From: Terriglobia bacterium
GTDB taxonomy: Bacteria; Acidobacteriota; Terriglobia; JAJPHL01; JAPKYU01
Reading direction: 5' to 3'
NCBI GenBank assembly: GCA_965223005.1
Contig: CBDCVK010000010.1
Location: 960,001-1,024,000 of the forward strand
Length of the DNA: 64,000 bases
The notes below the pieces were generated by a model. It worked only from the letters and a program-made list of their open reading frames with translations. It had not been told where the DNA came from and searched no databases. This document shows, piece after piece, positions 1 to 10,088 of this stretch; position 1 is the stretch's first letter; every line of letters starts with the position of its first letter. The position numbers and the translations under genes were made by a program.

Positions 1-272
1 AGCTGGCTCAGGTGCGCGGCGTGGCCCTGCTGGAGGCGGCTCGCGCCGGTATCCCGGTCCGGGAGTATTCCCCATTGGAGGTGAAGTCCGGCGTGGTGGG
101 GTACGGGCGCGCCGAGAAGGCGCAAGTGCAGCAGATGGTCCAAGCGATCCTTGGAACGGCGGAGCCGCTGGAGTCTGCGGACGCCGCCGACGCGCTAGCC
201 GTCGCCATCTGTCATATCAACGTGGGATTGACCCAACAGAAACTGGCCCGAGCCGCCAGCTCCAGGGGATGA
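1..272 (+). CDS. ruvC: Holliday junction resolvase RuvC, 5'-truncated by window edge
   Basis: [10 protein letters not shown]...[26 protein letters not shown]...[12 protein letters not shown] is the RuvC C-terminal signature. Confidence 0.95.
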   Translation, partial: LAQVRGVALLEAARAGIPVREYSPLEVKSGVVGYGRAEKAQVQQMVQAILGTAEPLESADAADALAVAICHINVGLTQQKLARAASSRG

Positions 273-279
273 GTTTGCG

Positions 280-975
280 GTGAGGTTCCGCCTCAAGATT
301 GGTGCCGCGGTTCTCGCCCTGCTCGCCGTGGGAGTCAGTGGCGGTGCCGCCGCATTCCAGCAAGACAAGCCGGCCTTGCCCCGAGTGGTTTTCATCAAGG
401 AATTTCCCGGCAGCTCACCCTCCTACTACTCGATCACGGTCGTCCAGAACGGCGAAGCGGTCTACGCCACCGAACCGGATGATCCCGAGCCAGTGGGCTT
501 CCGCCTCTCGGCACCTTTGACCGGCCGGGTGTTCCAGATTGCCGCCCGCCTCAACCACTTCCGCACGCCGTTGGAAACGCGCAAGAAGACGAGGGTTGCC
601 TCAATGGGCAAGAAGACCTTGCGCTACGAGGCCGGCGCGCAGCGCTTCGAGACGTCGTATAACTTTACCGAGAACCCGGACGCTGCCGCTCTAACCAGAC
701 TGTTCGAGAAGATTTCCCTCACCGAAGAGTACCTGCTCGGCCTGGAGCGGGTGGTGCGTTTCGACCGTCTGGGAGTGATGCGGCAGCTCCTGTGGATCGA
801 GATCGCCATGAACAGGCGGGACCTGGTGGCCCCGGTCCAGTTTGTTCCCCTGCTGGAAGAGATCGTTCAGGACTCGCGCTTCCTCAACATCGCACAGGAG
901 CTCGCTGCTCACCTGTTGAAACGCATCCGCAACGGCAAATACTCCGCAAAATTGAAACTGGGGAAGGCCCGCTAG
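280..975 (+). CDS. Hypothetical exported protein
   Basis: 231-aa ORF starting 8 bp after ruvC; N-terminal signal-peptide-like segment; typical codon usage. Confidence 0.8.
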   Translation: MRFRLKIGAAVLALLAVGVSGGAAAFQQDKPALPRVVFIKEFPGSSPSYYSITVVQNGEAVYATEPDDPEPVGFRLSAPLTGRVFQIAARLNHFRTPLETRKKTRVASMGKKTLRYEAGAQRFETSYNFTENPDAAALTRLFEKISLTEEYLLGLERVVRFDRLGVMRQLLWIEIAMNRRDLVAPVQFVPLLEEIVQDSRFLNIAQELAAHLLKRIRNGKYSAKLKLGKAR

Positions 976-1010
976 CGGGCGCCGTAAGGCGATCCCTTCA
1001 GGGACGGGGA

Positions 1011-1080
1011 GCCGTCTTTTGACGCGCGCGGCTCTGCAGGCGGAACCAGATGCCGAGCCGCGACCCTCAGGAGGCGGTCA
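1011..1080. repeat. Degenerate REP-like inverted pair (GAGCCGCGACCxTCAGGGAGCGG type)
   Basis: gagccgcgaccctcaggaggcggt at 1055 and reverse-oriented gccgtcttttgacgcgcgcggctc at 1011, between convergent genes; similar copy at 17480. Confidence 0.5.
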
Positions 1081-1103
1081 CGCCGCAGTTCTTCAGTACC
1101 CGG

Positions 1104-1493
1104 CTAGGGCAGTCCGGTCCACAATTCGCACACCACGATGGCGTCCAACGGGTTCTGCGGGTCGTACTTGACGCTGGCTAGAAGGCCTTCGCTGAACTTC
1201 TCGCCCTCGGCCATGTGGCGCAACGCGGAAATGTCCTGGGCGGCAGAATAGGTCACTCCGGCGACTGAATAGTCGTAATGGAGGAGCCGGAGGCGGCGGC
1301 CGCTCTGCTCCACTTCGGTTACGTCCACGATCGTACCGTCGCAGATACGCCCGATGGCGTTAATCCGCAGGCGCCGTTCCCGTTCTCTCTCGGCAGGGCT
1401 CTTCCTGGAGCGCAAGGAAAGCCCCAGCGCGAGCGCGCCCGCCAGCAGCCCCCCTGCCATCAACCCCAAGCCGAAGAGTTGGCCTGGCCCCAT
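1104..1493 (-). CDS. Membrane-anchored hypothetical protein (DUF3592-like)
   Basis: N-terminal TM helix then G(T)IVDV...YDYSVAGVTY...VKYDPQNP, the pattern of DUF3592-type OB-fold proteins. Confidence 0.7.
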   Translation of the reverse strand: MGPGQLFGLGLMAGGLLAGALALGLSLRSRKSPAERERERRLRINAIGRICDGTIVDVTEVEQSGRRLRLLHYDYSVAGVTYSAAQDISALRHMAEGEKFSEGLLASVKYDPQNPLDAIVVCELWTGLP

Positions 1494-1573
1494 GTGCGTT
1501 TCCTCTGCGTCCCGTCTGTGGACCTCCCAATATCTCCAACGGCACCCGGCCGGGGCCCCGTTCAGGGCCTCGT

Positions 1574-2623
1574 TCAGGGTTGGACGAGAACCGTCCGGGA
1601 ACGGGCACTCTCGTTTCCCTTCCGGTCCACTGCACTCACCGCGTAGGAGTAGGTGGTGCCTGACCGGGTGGTGGCGTCCTGGAAGGTCGGTGAAACGAGC
1701 AGGTCCTTGTTGAGCTGACGGGGTGGTCCACCATTTTCGCTGCGAAACAGGTTGTAGCCGGCCAGGTCAGGCTCCAGATTGGGCTTCCAGGACAATTGCA
1801 CCACCGGCGGGGTTGTCGGCTCCAGCAAGGTCGTCAGGTCCGCCGGCACTTGCGGCGGAAACACGTCTTCCGGACGAATGAAAGCGATCGGAGAATCGAG
1901 ACTCTCGGCGCGGAACGTACCCTGGATCGTAACCGCTCGGACCAGATAGCGGTAGTCGCGGCCATAGTCGAACGGCGCATCGGCGTGGGCGGGCTGCGCG
2001 GGTTGGGCGGCCGGCTCCCATGGGCCTTCGCCCTTGGCGCGATACAGGTGATAAGCCGCGGCGCCAGGCACCGGTGGCCACTCCAGCAGGATTTCCCGCT
2101 CGGTGACCCGCAGGCGAATCTTGGCCGGGGCCGGAAGGGCCGCCAGCAAGGGAACAGCGGCAATATTGGAGAAGCCGGCGCTGTCGCTGCGCCGGTTCAG
2201 CAGTCGCACGGCGTAGGCGGCGGTGCTGCCCACCCGGCCGTCCGGCACTGGCTCGTTGTACTGCTCCTGGAGAGCGGGGAGCGACGCGACACGCGAGGCC
2301 GCCGCTTGGAACTCCTGCGGACTAACCTCGGCGCGCAAGCCCGGCAGCACCGCCCGGTATACTTCCACCTGGCCGAGCTTCTTCGGGCGCACGGTCGCGC
2401 CTTCGGTGGTGCGGGCGGGCGTCCTCCAGGCCAGCCACACGCGGTCCCCTCGCTGCATGCCGCGAATCTCGGCCGGCTGGGGAATGTCCAGCAGTGGCGG
2501 GAGCGGTGCGCCCCGCACTCCGCAGCCGGCCAGAGCACCTGCGCAGCCGCAAAGCAGGCAGAGCCGGGCGGCCCACGCGTTTCGGTCTCCCCGTGTGGTT
2601 TTCAGCACCGCGGTGAGAGGCAA
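1574..2623 (-). CDS. Lipoprotein with fibronectin type III-like domains
   Basis: Lipobox LAGC followed by GVRGAPLPP; FN3-like motifs (LSWKPN...GYNLFRS...YSYAVSAVDRKGNES); exact start uncertain. Confidence 0.8.
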   Translation of the reverse strand: MPLTAVLKTTRGDRNAWAARLCLLCGCAGALAGCGVRGAPLPPLLDIPQPAEIRGMQRGDRVWLAWRTPARTTEGATVRPKKLGQVEVYRAVLPGLRAEVSPQEFQAAASRVASLPALQEQYNEPVPDGRVGSTAAYAVRLLNRRSDSAGFSNIAAVPLLAALPAPAKIRLRVTEREILLEWPPVPGAAAYHLYRAKGEGPWEPAAQPAQPAHADAPFDYGRDYRYLVRAVTIQGTFRAESLDSPIAFIRPEDVFPPQVPADLTTLLEPTTPPVVQLSWKPNLEPDLAGYNLFRSENGGPPRQLNKDLLVSPTFQDATTRSGTTYSYAVSAVDRKGNESARSRTVLVQP

Positions 2624-2626
2624 GGT

Positions 2627-3997
2627 CTAGAGGATGTACCGCGAGAGATCCTGGTCCTTGACAATGTCGGCCAGTTGCTTCTGCACGTAGGCAGCGTCGA
2701 TCTTGACGCTCTTCTTCTTCAGGTTGGGCCCCTCGAAGCTGATCTCATCCAGGATCCGCTCCATGATGGTGTGCAGCCGCCGGGCCCCGATATTCTCGGT
2801 CTGCTCGTTGACCTGAGCCGCGCTGCGGGCGATCTCCTCCAGCGCATCCTCGGCGAAGTGCAGCCGGATGCCCTCGGTTTCCAGCAGTGCTGCGTACTGT
2901 TTGATCAAGGCGCTTTTCGGCTCCTTCAAGATTCGGACGAAGTCCCCCAGTGTCAACGAATGCAATTCCACGCGAATGGGAAAGCGCCCCTGCAGTTCCG
3001 GGATCAGGTCCGAAGGCTTGGAGACGTGGAATGCGCCGGCGGCCATGAACAGGATGTAGTCAGTGCGCACCATGCCGTAGCGGGTGTTCACCGTGGTTCC
3101 TTCGACGATGGGCAAAATGTCGCGCTGCACCCCTTCGCGGCTGACGTCGGGGCCGTGCCCGCTCTCGCGCCCGGCGATCTTGTCCACCTCGTCCAGGAAA
3201 ATGATCCCGGACTGCTCGACGCGCTCCACTGCGGTGCGCGTCACCTGGTCCATATCAATGAGCCGCTGTTCCTCTTCCTGAATCAGGTGGTCCACGGCCT
3301 CGCCCACCCGCACCTTACGCTTCTTGGTCTTCTGGCCGAACATGCCCGGCAGCATGTCCCGGATGTTGACGCCCATCTCCTCCACGCCGGTGTTGGTGAC
3401 GATCTCGAAGGAAGGAAAGTTGCGCTCGCGGACTTCGATCTCCACGATTCGGTCGTCTAGCTTGCCGTCGCGCAGTTGCTGGCGGAACTTTTCCCGGGTG
3501 CGCTGGTAGCTCTCGCCGGAGTCGCCGTCGGTCGGCGGGGGAGGCGGCACCAGCAGGTCCAGCAGGCGCTCCTCGGCGGCCGCCTCGGACTTGTCGGCCA
3601 CCTCCTCCAATTTCTCCTGCCGCACCATCTCAATGGCGATCTCCACCAAGTCGCGGATCATAGACTCCACGTCGCGGCCGACATAGCCCACCTCGGTAAA
3701 CTTGCTGGCTTCCACCTTCAGGAACGGGGAGTTCGACAGGCGCGCCAGGCGGCGCGCGATTTCAGTTTTGCCCACCCCTGTGGGACCGATCATCAAGATG
3801 TTCTTGGGCAAGATTTCTTCGGCCAGTTCGGGCGCGAGTTTCTGTCGGCGGATGCGGTTACGCAGAGCGATGGCCACCGCGCGTTTGGCCGCCGTCTGCC
3901 CGACCACGTGTTTGTCCAGCTCGGAGACGATCTCGCGAGGCGTCAGCTCGTCCAGCGCCGGCGTCTCGTCCACGGCTCCAGGCAGATAGATTGCCAT
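2627..3997 (-). CDS. hslU: ATP-dependent protease ATPase subunit HslU
   Basis: [31 protein letters not shown] and C-terminal DLSRYIL. Confidence 0.98.
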   Translation of the reverse strand: MAIYLPGAVDETPALDELTPREIVSELDKHVVGQTAAKRAVAIALRNRIRRQKLAPELAEEILPKNILMIGPTGVGKTEIARRLARLSNSPFLKVEASKFTEVGYVGRDVESMIRDLVEIAIEMVRQEKLEEVADKSEAAAEERLLDLLVPPPPPTDGDSGESYQRTREKFRQQLRDGKLDDRIVEIEVRERNFPSFEIVTNTGVEEMGVNIRDMLPGMFGQKTKKRKVRVGEAVDHLIQEEEQRLIDMDQVTRTAVERVEQSGIIFLDEVDKIAGRESGHGPDVSREGVQRDILPIVEGTTVNTRYGMVRTDYILFMAAGAFHVSKPSDLIPELQGRFPIRVELHSLTLGDFVRILKEPKSALIKQYAALLETEGIRLHFAEDALEEIARSAAQVNEQTENIGARRLHTIMERILDEISFEGPNLKKKSVKIDAAYVQKQLADIVKDQDLSRYIL

Positions 3998-4533
3998 TAC
4001 AACTCCTCGATGGTGATGTTGCTATTGGTATAGATACAGGTCTTGCCGGCGATGTCCAGCGCTTCTTCAGCGATCCGGCGCGCCGGCAAGTCGCTATGCT
4101 TGGCCAGGGCACGCGCCGCGGCCAGGGCCACTGACCCGCCGGATCCGATAGCGGCGATGCCCTCGTCGGGCTCAATGACGTCGCCCTGCCCGCTGAGCAG
4201 GAACATGTTCTTAGCGTCGGCGACGATCAGCAGCGCCTCCAGGTGCCGCAGCACGCGGTCGGTGCGCCACTCCTTGGCCAGTTCCACTGCGGCGCGCGGC
4301 AGGTTGCCCTGGTGCTGCTCCAGCTTGGTCTCAAAGCGCGCAAACAATGAAAAGGCGTCGGCGGTGGAGCCGGCAAAGCCGGCCAGCACCTTGTCGTTGA
4401 ACAACCGCCGAATTTTCCGTGCGGTGTGCTTGATGACGGTGTCGCCCAGAGTGACCTGGCCGTCGCCAGCCATTACCACACCGCCGTCCCGGTGGACACA
4501 CAGCACCGTCGTGGAATGCATGCGGTTGTGCAC
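3997..4533 (-). CDS. hslV: ATP-dependent protease peptidase subunit HslV
   Basis: HSTTVL (N-terminal Thr nucleophile), [22 protein letters not shown]; overlaps hslU start. Confidence 0.98.
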   Translation of the reverse strand: MHNRMHSTTVLCVHRDGGVVMAGDGQVTLGDTVIKHTARKIRRLFNDKVLAGFAGSTADAFSLFARFETKLEQHQGNLPRAAVELAKEWRTDRVLRHLEALLIVADAKNMFLLSGQGDVIEPDEGIAAIGSGGSVALAAARALAKHSDLPARRIAEEALDIAGKTCIYTNSNITIEEL

Positions 4534-4742
4534 GATCGCGCCTCGTATTCCGCCTCTGGTAAGGTTGGTATTATATCAGCCCCGGCTGGAGTGGGTCACC
4601 ATCGACCCGGTCAGGCCGGCCCTAAGAACATGAGGATCGCGGAGATGGTCGAGGTGCACGTAGCTGAATTCACTGGTAGTCTGCACTCTCGCAGCAGACT
4701 CAACGGGAGATTCGAAGGTCCTGAACTCTCCGGAGGTGGTCT

Positions 4743-5213
4743 ATGGATACTCTAGCGATTTTTGGTCTGCAGTTCTTCTTGGGCCTTGTCGTGTGGGGCG
4801 TGATTGCAAAGTGGTCGTTGGGTCCCTGGCTAGAGAAAAAGTCTTCACACGAGGCTCTCTATTGGCTGACCCTGCCGCATGCATTTCGCTATATGGGAAT
4901 GGTATTCCTTGTTCCCGGAGTCGTTGCGCGACCGCTGCCAGGCGCTTTCGCTAATCCTGCCGCCTACGGAGACTTGGTGACGGGTGTGCTGGCGTTGCTG
5001 GCGCTCATCGCTCTGCGAACTGGCTGGGCCAGGGCGTTGGCGCTGGTCTGGCTGTTTAACATTGTCGGCACGGTCGACCTTCTAAATGCACTGCGCCAAG
5101 CGAATGTGGTACCGGACTTGGGAGCGGCCTGGTACATTCCGACATTCTTCGTTCCACTACTCCTGGTGACGCACTTCATGATATTTGCCCGCCTGCTCAA
5201 GCGCGGGACTTGA
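4743..5213 (+). CDS. Hypothetical integral membrane protein
   Basis: GGAGG RBS; about 5 hydrophobic segments; HAFR and AYGDL motifs. Confidence 0.8.
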   Translation: MDTLAIFGLQFFLGLVVWGVIAKWSLGPWLEKKSSHEALYWLTLPHAFRYMGMVFLVPGVVARPLPGAFANPAAYGDLVTGVLALLALIALRTGWARALALVWLFNIVGTVDLLNALRQANVVPDLGAAWYIPTFFVPLLLVTHFMIFARLLKRGT

Positions 5214-5320
5214 ATCACGGGTACCCGTCATCCAAGCCGCTGCCCAAAGGCGTGCTCTCGCGTTGACCCAGCGGCTGCCGACAGCCTTGCTTGCTGGGAC
5301 CAGGGAATCTTCGTTGCTGG

Positions 5321-7483
5321 TCAGATAAACAGGGGGGCGGCGACCAGGGTAATGGTGGCGAGCAACTTGATCAGCACGTGGATGGAAGGGCCGGCGGTGT
5401 CCTTAAAGGGGTCGCCCACCGTGTCGCCGACTACGGCGGCCATATGCGCTTCCGAGCGCTTGCCGCCGTACTCGCCGGTCTCGATGAACTTCTTGGCGTT
5501 ATCCCAGGCGCCGCCGCCGTTGTTCATCAGCGTGGCCAGTAGGATGCCAGTAATGGTGGCCACCATCAACAGCGCGGCCACCGACTCGGCGCCAATCAGA
5601 TCGTCTGGGCCCCGGCTGCCGACACCGAGGTGCCTGAACGCCAAGCCCACGGCTACCGGCATGCCCACCGCCAGCAGTCCGGGTACCACCATGGCCTTCA
5701 GCGCGCCCACAGTGACAATGTCCACGCACCGCCCATAGTCCGGCCGGGCGGTACCGGCCATGATGCCCGGATTTTCGCGGAACTGGCGGCGCACTTCCTC
5801 GATAACGTAGTAGGCCGCTTTGCCCACCGCCTTGATGGCGAAGGCACTGAATAGGAACACTAGCATGGCGCCCAGCAGCGCTCCACAAAACACCGGCACC
5901 TTGCCGATGTCCACTGTGTGGAAGGGGCGCCCGGTCAGCAGGCTGACTTCATCCAGGTAGGCCGAGAACAGTAGGAAGGCGGCCAGGGCGGCACTGCCGA
6001 TCGCGTAGCCCTTAGTGAGGGCCTTGGTGGTGTTGCCCACCGAGTCCAGCCGGTCGGTCTTCGCCCGCACCTCCTCAGACTGCCCGGACATTTCGATGAT
6101 CCCGCCGGCGTTGTCGGTGATGGGCCCAAAGGTATCCATGGCCAGGATGTAGGCGGCGGTGGACAGCATACCCATCGTGGCCACCGCCGTGCCATAGAGT
6201 CCTCCGCCAGGCACAGCGCGCGTTCCCATCCAGTAGGAGAGCAGCAGGGCGGCGCAGATCGCCAACACTGGCAGCGCCGTGCACTCCAGCGCCACCGCAA
6301 AGCCAGTGATGATGTTGGTGGCCGGGCCGGTGCGGGAGGCGAGCGCGATGGATTGCACCGGACGGTAGCGGTACTCGGTGTAGTACTGCGTGATGTAGAC
6401 GAACACGAAGCTGGTCAGGATGCCTACCACTCCGGCTGCGAAGAACCACAGGTTGTTCTCCAGCAGTTGGTGCACGGCGATGTAGAAGCCAACAATGGCC
6501 AGGATCGTCGTCACGTAGTAGCCGCGGTTGAGGGCCTGCATGGGGTCAGCGTCCTCCCGCGTGCGCACCACCAGGATTCCGGCAATGGAGGCCAGCAGAC
6601 CGAAGGCGCGAGCGACCAGCGGGAACAGGATAGCTTTCAGGCCAAATTGGGGGTACAGAGCGACGCCGAGGATCATGGCGCCCACGTTTTCCGCGGCGGT
6701 GGACTCAAACAAGTCCGCACCGCGACCGGCGCAGTCGCCCACGTTATCTCCCACCAGGTCGGCAATCACCGCCGGGTTCCGCGGGTCGTCCTCGGGGATG
6801 CCCGCCTCCACCTTGCCCACCAGGTCGGCGCCCACATCGGCGCCCTTGGTGAAGATGCCGCCGCCCAACTGGGCGAACAGGGCCACGAAGCTGGCGCCAA
6901 AGCCGAAGCCGACAATCTGCAAGGGAACGGCCTTCGGCTCCTCCAGTCCGCCAAAGAAGTAGAACAGACCGCCCACCCCCAGCAGGGACATGGCGACCAC
7001 CGACAGGCCGGTCACCGCCCCCCCGCGCAGGGCGATTTGCAGGGCTCGGTTGAGGCTCGTGCGCGCCGCGCTGGCGGCGCGGATGTTGGCCCGGATGGAG
7101 ACGAACATGCCGCTGAAGCCGGCAATGGCGGAACACAGGGCGCCCACAATGAAGGCCACCGTGGTTCGCCAGGCGATGGTGAGGTCTCCTTTACCTTGCC
7201 AATACCCGAGGAAAATGATGACGGCCAACACTACGGTCAAGCCGCCAATGGTGGTGTATTGCCGCCGCAGGAACGCTTCCGCGCCTTCCTTAATGGCGTT
7301 GGAAATATCCCGCATCTGGGCGGTGCCGGTGTCCTGCCGCAGCACGTAGACCGTTAACAGGACGGCCACGCCCAGCGACAGTGCACTGAGCACGACCACA
7401 CGCAGCAGCCAACCCTGGCCATCGGTGCCGGCAGCGCCTTGCCAGAACAAAGCAAGGCCAGCCAGGTTGCAAGCAGCCAACAT
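5321..7483 (-). CDS. hppA: Membrane-bound proton-translocating pyrophosphatase, K+-independent type
   Basis: DVGADLVGKVEAGIPEDDPRN and GDTVGDPFKDTAGP; GNTTK (Lys) determinant of K+-independence; GGAGG RBS. Confidence 0.95.
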   Translation of the reverse strand: MLAACNLAGLALFWQGAAGTDGQGWLLRVVVLSALSLGVAVLLTVYVLRQDTGTAQMRDISNAIKEGAEAFLRRQYTTIGGLTVVLAVIIFLGYWQGKGDLTIAWRTTVAFIVGALCSAIAGFSGMFVSIRANIRAASAARTSLNRALQIALRGGAVTGLSVVAMSLLGVGGLFYFFGGLEEPKAVPLQIVGFGFGASFVALFAQLGGGIFTKGADVGADLVGKVEAGIPEDDPRNPAVIADLVGDNVGDCAGRGADLFESTAAENVGAMILGVALYPQFGLKAILFPLVARAFGLLASIAGILVVRTREDADPMQALNRGYYVTTILAIVGFYIAVHQLLENNLWFFAAGVVGILTSFVFVYITQYYTEYRYRPVQSIALASRTGPATNIITGFAVALECTALPVLAICAALLLSYWMGTRAVPGGGLYGTAVATMGMLSTAAYILAMDTFGPITDNAGGIIEMSGQSEEVRAKTDRLDSVGNTTKALTKGYAIGSAALAAFLLFSAYLDEVSLLTGRPFHTVDIGKVPVFCGALLGAMLVFLFSAFAIKAVGKAAYYVIEEVRRQFRENPGIMAGTARPDYGRCVDIVTVGALKAMVVPGLLAVGMPVAVGLAFRHLGVGSRGPDDLIGAESVAALLMVATITGILLATLMNNGGGAWDNAKKFIETGEYGGKRSEAHMAAVVGDTVGDPFKDTAGPSIHVLIKLLATITLVAAPLFI

Positions 7484-7623
7484 TCAATTTCCTCCGAGTA
7501 CAACAACGGCATGAGTCGCAACCGCTCCGGCTGCAGGCTTCGAGCGCGATCACTCCGCGCTGGCCGTCGTCACCCACGCGGTGGACCTACAGGAGGCGCG
7601 GTTTCCGTGGGGGCGAATCAGGA

Positions 7624-7653
7624 TTTATAGCATGCGATTCGAAGACTGGTCAA
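7624..7653 (-). promoter_or_regulatory. Putative sigma70 promoter of hppA
   Basis: TTGACC-N18-TATAAA on minus strand about 140 bp upstream of the start. Confidence 0.55.
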
Positions 7654-7861
7654 GAATTGCACCGCGGACCGTTTTCCTGTGTGGGCAACAAGTGAAGCCG
7701 GACCTGCTCGAGGCAGGTTTCTCCACTGGGCAGAAGTCGGAGTCGGAGCCAAGGAGAGCAACGAGATACTCCAGGAGCGAGCCAGTCGGGATTTCAACTG
7801 TCGTCGGCTTTCCAGTATTCAAACGGGTCGTAGCGCACGATGCTGGTGAGACATGATCCCC

Positions 7862-7960
7862 TCACTCAACAGGCAAAATGGTGGAATTGCTGGCCACCCC
7901 GCCGGCTGTCACCTGCGACTCAGCATCACCACGAAGGCCGGCCCGCACCCGCAGCGTTTC
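7862..7960 (-). pseudogene. Possible orphan C-terminal gene remnant
   Basis: LRVRAGLRGDAESQVTAGGVASNSTILPVE* resembles the C-terminal strands of acidobacterial IPT/TIGR03437-type domains; no credible N-terminus. Confidence 0.3.
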
Positions 7961-8058
7961 CGTCCGAGCTCCCAGGTAACTGAAGCGGCCCTTCTGTTTC
8001 AATCCCGAGAGAAAGCCGCACAGCCACAGAGAGACAGAGACCCACTGCAATGGAGGGC

Positions 8059-9138
8059 CTAGCCCGTAAGCAGAGAGCGATAGACGTTTAGAGTGGACTG
8101 GGCGGTACGTTGCCAGGTGAACTGGCTGGCGCGAGCGCGGCCGAGCTCGCACCATTGCGCCCGCCAGGGCTCATCTTCCACCATTCGCCGCGCCGCCTCC
8201 GTCATCGCTTCAACGTCGGTGGGATCCACCAGCACCGCCGCGTCGCCCGTGATTTCCGGAAGCGAAGAGGTGTTGGAGGCGATCACGGGCAGACCACGCG
8301 CCATGGCTTCCAGAACGGGCAGTCCAAAGCCTTCTTCCAGCGAGGGGAACAGCAGCGCTGTGGCTTCCGCGTACAGTGCATCAAGCGTTGGCTCGTCGGT
8401 GTAGCCCAGCAGACGGATGCGGTCCCTCAGGCCGCGGTCGTGGATGAAATTCAGCACCTTCTGAGCGCCGTGGCCGGCGCTGCCGACGACAACCAGGCGC
8501 GCCGATGTGCTAGGCAAAAGGCGGTTGATGGACTCGACCGCCGCCAGCGTGTTCTTCCGCACCTGAATAGCGCCCACCGAGAGGAAAAACGGTCCCTCAC
8601 CAGCCAGTCGGCGCGCCCGCTGCCGGGCATCAACGGAAGGCGGCCGGAGTGCCTGCTCAACCCCATGGTGCACAACCGCGCAGGATTCTTTCCGCAGCCC
8701 CAGTAGCCGGCAGAGCTTGTCGCGAGTATAGGCAGAAACGCAAATGACGCGGTCGGCGCGCGTGACTGCATCCCTGATTGAGGCCGAGAACCGCGCCCGA
8801 AACGCCGGAGTGGAGTAGTCTTCTGCCGAAAGCGCGAACACATCGTGGACCGTCACGACTTGGTGCTGGAACTGGTAACGAGGCAGGCGCTGATTCAGCC
8901 CGTGAAACAGGTCCACCTGCCCAGGCAGGCGCCAGTTCAGCGGTTCCTGGAGCCAGCAGGAGCGGAACGGCAGCCCGTCAAAGTGGCGGCCCAGGCGCAA
9001 GACGCGCGGCCAGCGCGCGCATAGGGTGAGCCGGAGTTCGGGGACTCCGGAGAGTTCCCGGATGAGCCGGTCGGAATAGCGAGCCACTCCCGATGGATGG
9101 GGGTCCAGCGCATAGGTGGCATCCAACGCCAGGCGCAC
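8059..9138 (-). CDS. Glycosyltransferase family 4 (GT-B)
   Basis: VVTVHD, VGAIQVRKN, FPSLEEGFGLPVLEAMARG (EX7E motif). Confidence 0.95.
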   Translation of the reverse strand: MRLALDATYALDPHPSGVARYSDRLIRELSGVPELRLTLCARWPRVLRLGRHFDGLPFRSCWLQEPLNWRLPGQVDLFHGLNQRLPRYQFQHQVVTVHDVFALSAEDYSTPAFRARFSASIRDAVTRADRVICVSAYTRDKLCRLLGLRKESCAVVHHGVEQALRPPSVDARQRARRLAGEGPFFLSVGAIQVRKNTLAAVESINRLLPSTSARLVVVGSAGHGAQKVLNFIHDRGLRDRIRLLGYTDEPTLDALYAEATALLFPSLEEGFGLPVLEAMARGLPVIASNTSSLPEITGDAAVLVDPTDVEAMTEAARRMVEDEPWRAQWCELGRARASQFTWQRTAQSTLNVYRSLLTG

Positions 9139-9224
9139 GCCTCATCTTACATCGCGATCTTCCATCGCGGTGCTGCGGGCCTTGTAGCATCCGGAATCAT
9201 GCCGGGCGCGTCAGCCAAGGCACG

Positions 9225-9848
9225 CTAGGTCGGCTGCCACAGGCGGGAGGGCTTCTCCGGGATGGTCTCCAATTCCTGTAGCAGCGCCCGAATTTCCTCG
9301 GTGAGCCGTACGATATTGGTGAAGCGGCGTGCCAGCGACGGGGGGAGTTCAGGTGACTTCAAGGCCATTTCCGCGCTGCCCAAGATGCCGGTCAGCGGGT
9401 TGTTGAGTTCGTGTCGGATGGAAAGGGCCAGGGCGCGCAACTGGTCCTGGGACTCCAGGTGCAGCGCCTGCGATTGCGTCTTCCACAAACGCGCGGACAA
9501 CAGGGCCTGTTCCAACACCGGTTCCAAAAACACCGACAAGGTCGGACCGGTGGGCACATATCCGGCGGCCCCCAGCGACAGGGCCCGGGCGGCCTGGAGC
9601 TCGGCTCCCGGTTCCACCAGCACAACGACCGCAGCTTCGGGATGGGCGCGCAACACCTCTTCCAGGGTTTCCAAACCGTAGCCATCCGATGGCCGCAGGG
9701 CCAGAATCAAGGCTGCATAGCGCCCCGAGCGCAGCCGCCAGAGCACTTCCTCGGCTCGGTGGGCCTGCTGCACATGCCAGCGTTCCCTGAGGGCATCCTC
9801 AATCGTCATGCCCTGGCGAAAATCGCTCATCGCCAGCACGGGGCGCAT
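9225..9848 (-). CDS. Degenerate receiver domain plus HisKA dimerisation domain, no HATPase
   Basis: Receiver-like ALSLGAAGYV; H-box IRHELNNPLTGILG; ends shortly after; start placed at ATG following GGAAGGGGGAG. Confidence 0.8.
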   Translation of the reverse strand: MRPVLAMSDFRQGMTIEDALRERWHVQQAHRAEEVLWRLRSGRYAALILALRPSDGYGLETLEEVLRAHPEAAVVVLVEPGAELQAARALSLGAAGYVPTGPTLSVFLEPVLEQALLSARLWKTQSQALHLESQDQLRALALSIRHELNNPLTGILGSAEMALKSPELPPSLARRFTNIVRLTEEIRALLQELETIPEKPSRLWQPT

Positions 9849-9999
9849 GGCTCCCCCTTCCAAACGCTTCATAGCGGCCCTTTCCAACATTGTTCGCCGA
9901 GGAAGCTGCCGCAAGAACCTTGGCGTACCTTTTCATGCAGGCACATCGACACAACCGCTCCAGATGGCCCCGAGCTTTGCTCGGATTAGCTGTCAGGAG

Positions 10000-10017
10000 A
10001 GCAGGCGAAGGGCCAAA
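10000..10017 (-). promoter_or_regulatory. Putative sigma54 -24/-12 promoter
   Basis: TTTGGCCCTTCGCCTGCT contains GG-N10-GC, upstream of the 9225-9848 gene. Confidence 0.55.
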
Positions 10018-10056
10018 CTAGGTGTTAGGAGCAGAAGGAGTTAGGAGGCCAGTGAC

Positions 10057-10088
10057 TCCCAAACCGGAAACGGAATCCCGTTTCGGAA
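10057..10088. promoter_or_regulatory. Paired putative enhancer (UAS) boxes
   Basis: TCCCaaaccGGAA (10057) and TCCCgtttcGGAA (10076), 19 bp apart. Confidence 0.55.

Noticed and set aside
1796-3460. Long antisense ORFs (also 6353-7357, 13344-14453, 52872-53894, 59262-60371)
   Set aside because: Shadow frames of well-supported genes in GC-rich DNA, with no recognisable motifs.
1574-3997. HslU-lipoprotein fusion by TAG readthrough (same frame)
   Set aside because: HslU ends at its canonical DLSRYIL C-terminus and the next gene has its own signal peptide.
7607-7990. tmRNA-like 5' end (GGGGGCGAATCAGGATT)
   Set aside because: No TCGAC after it and no T-arm/CCA 3' end; better explained by the minus-strand hppA promoter.
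7996-8008. GTTTCAATCCC resembling a CRISPR repeat start
   Set aside because: Single occurrence with no regularly spaced copies.
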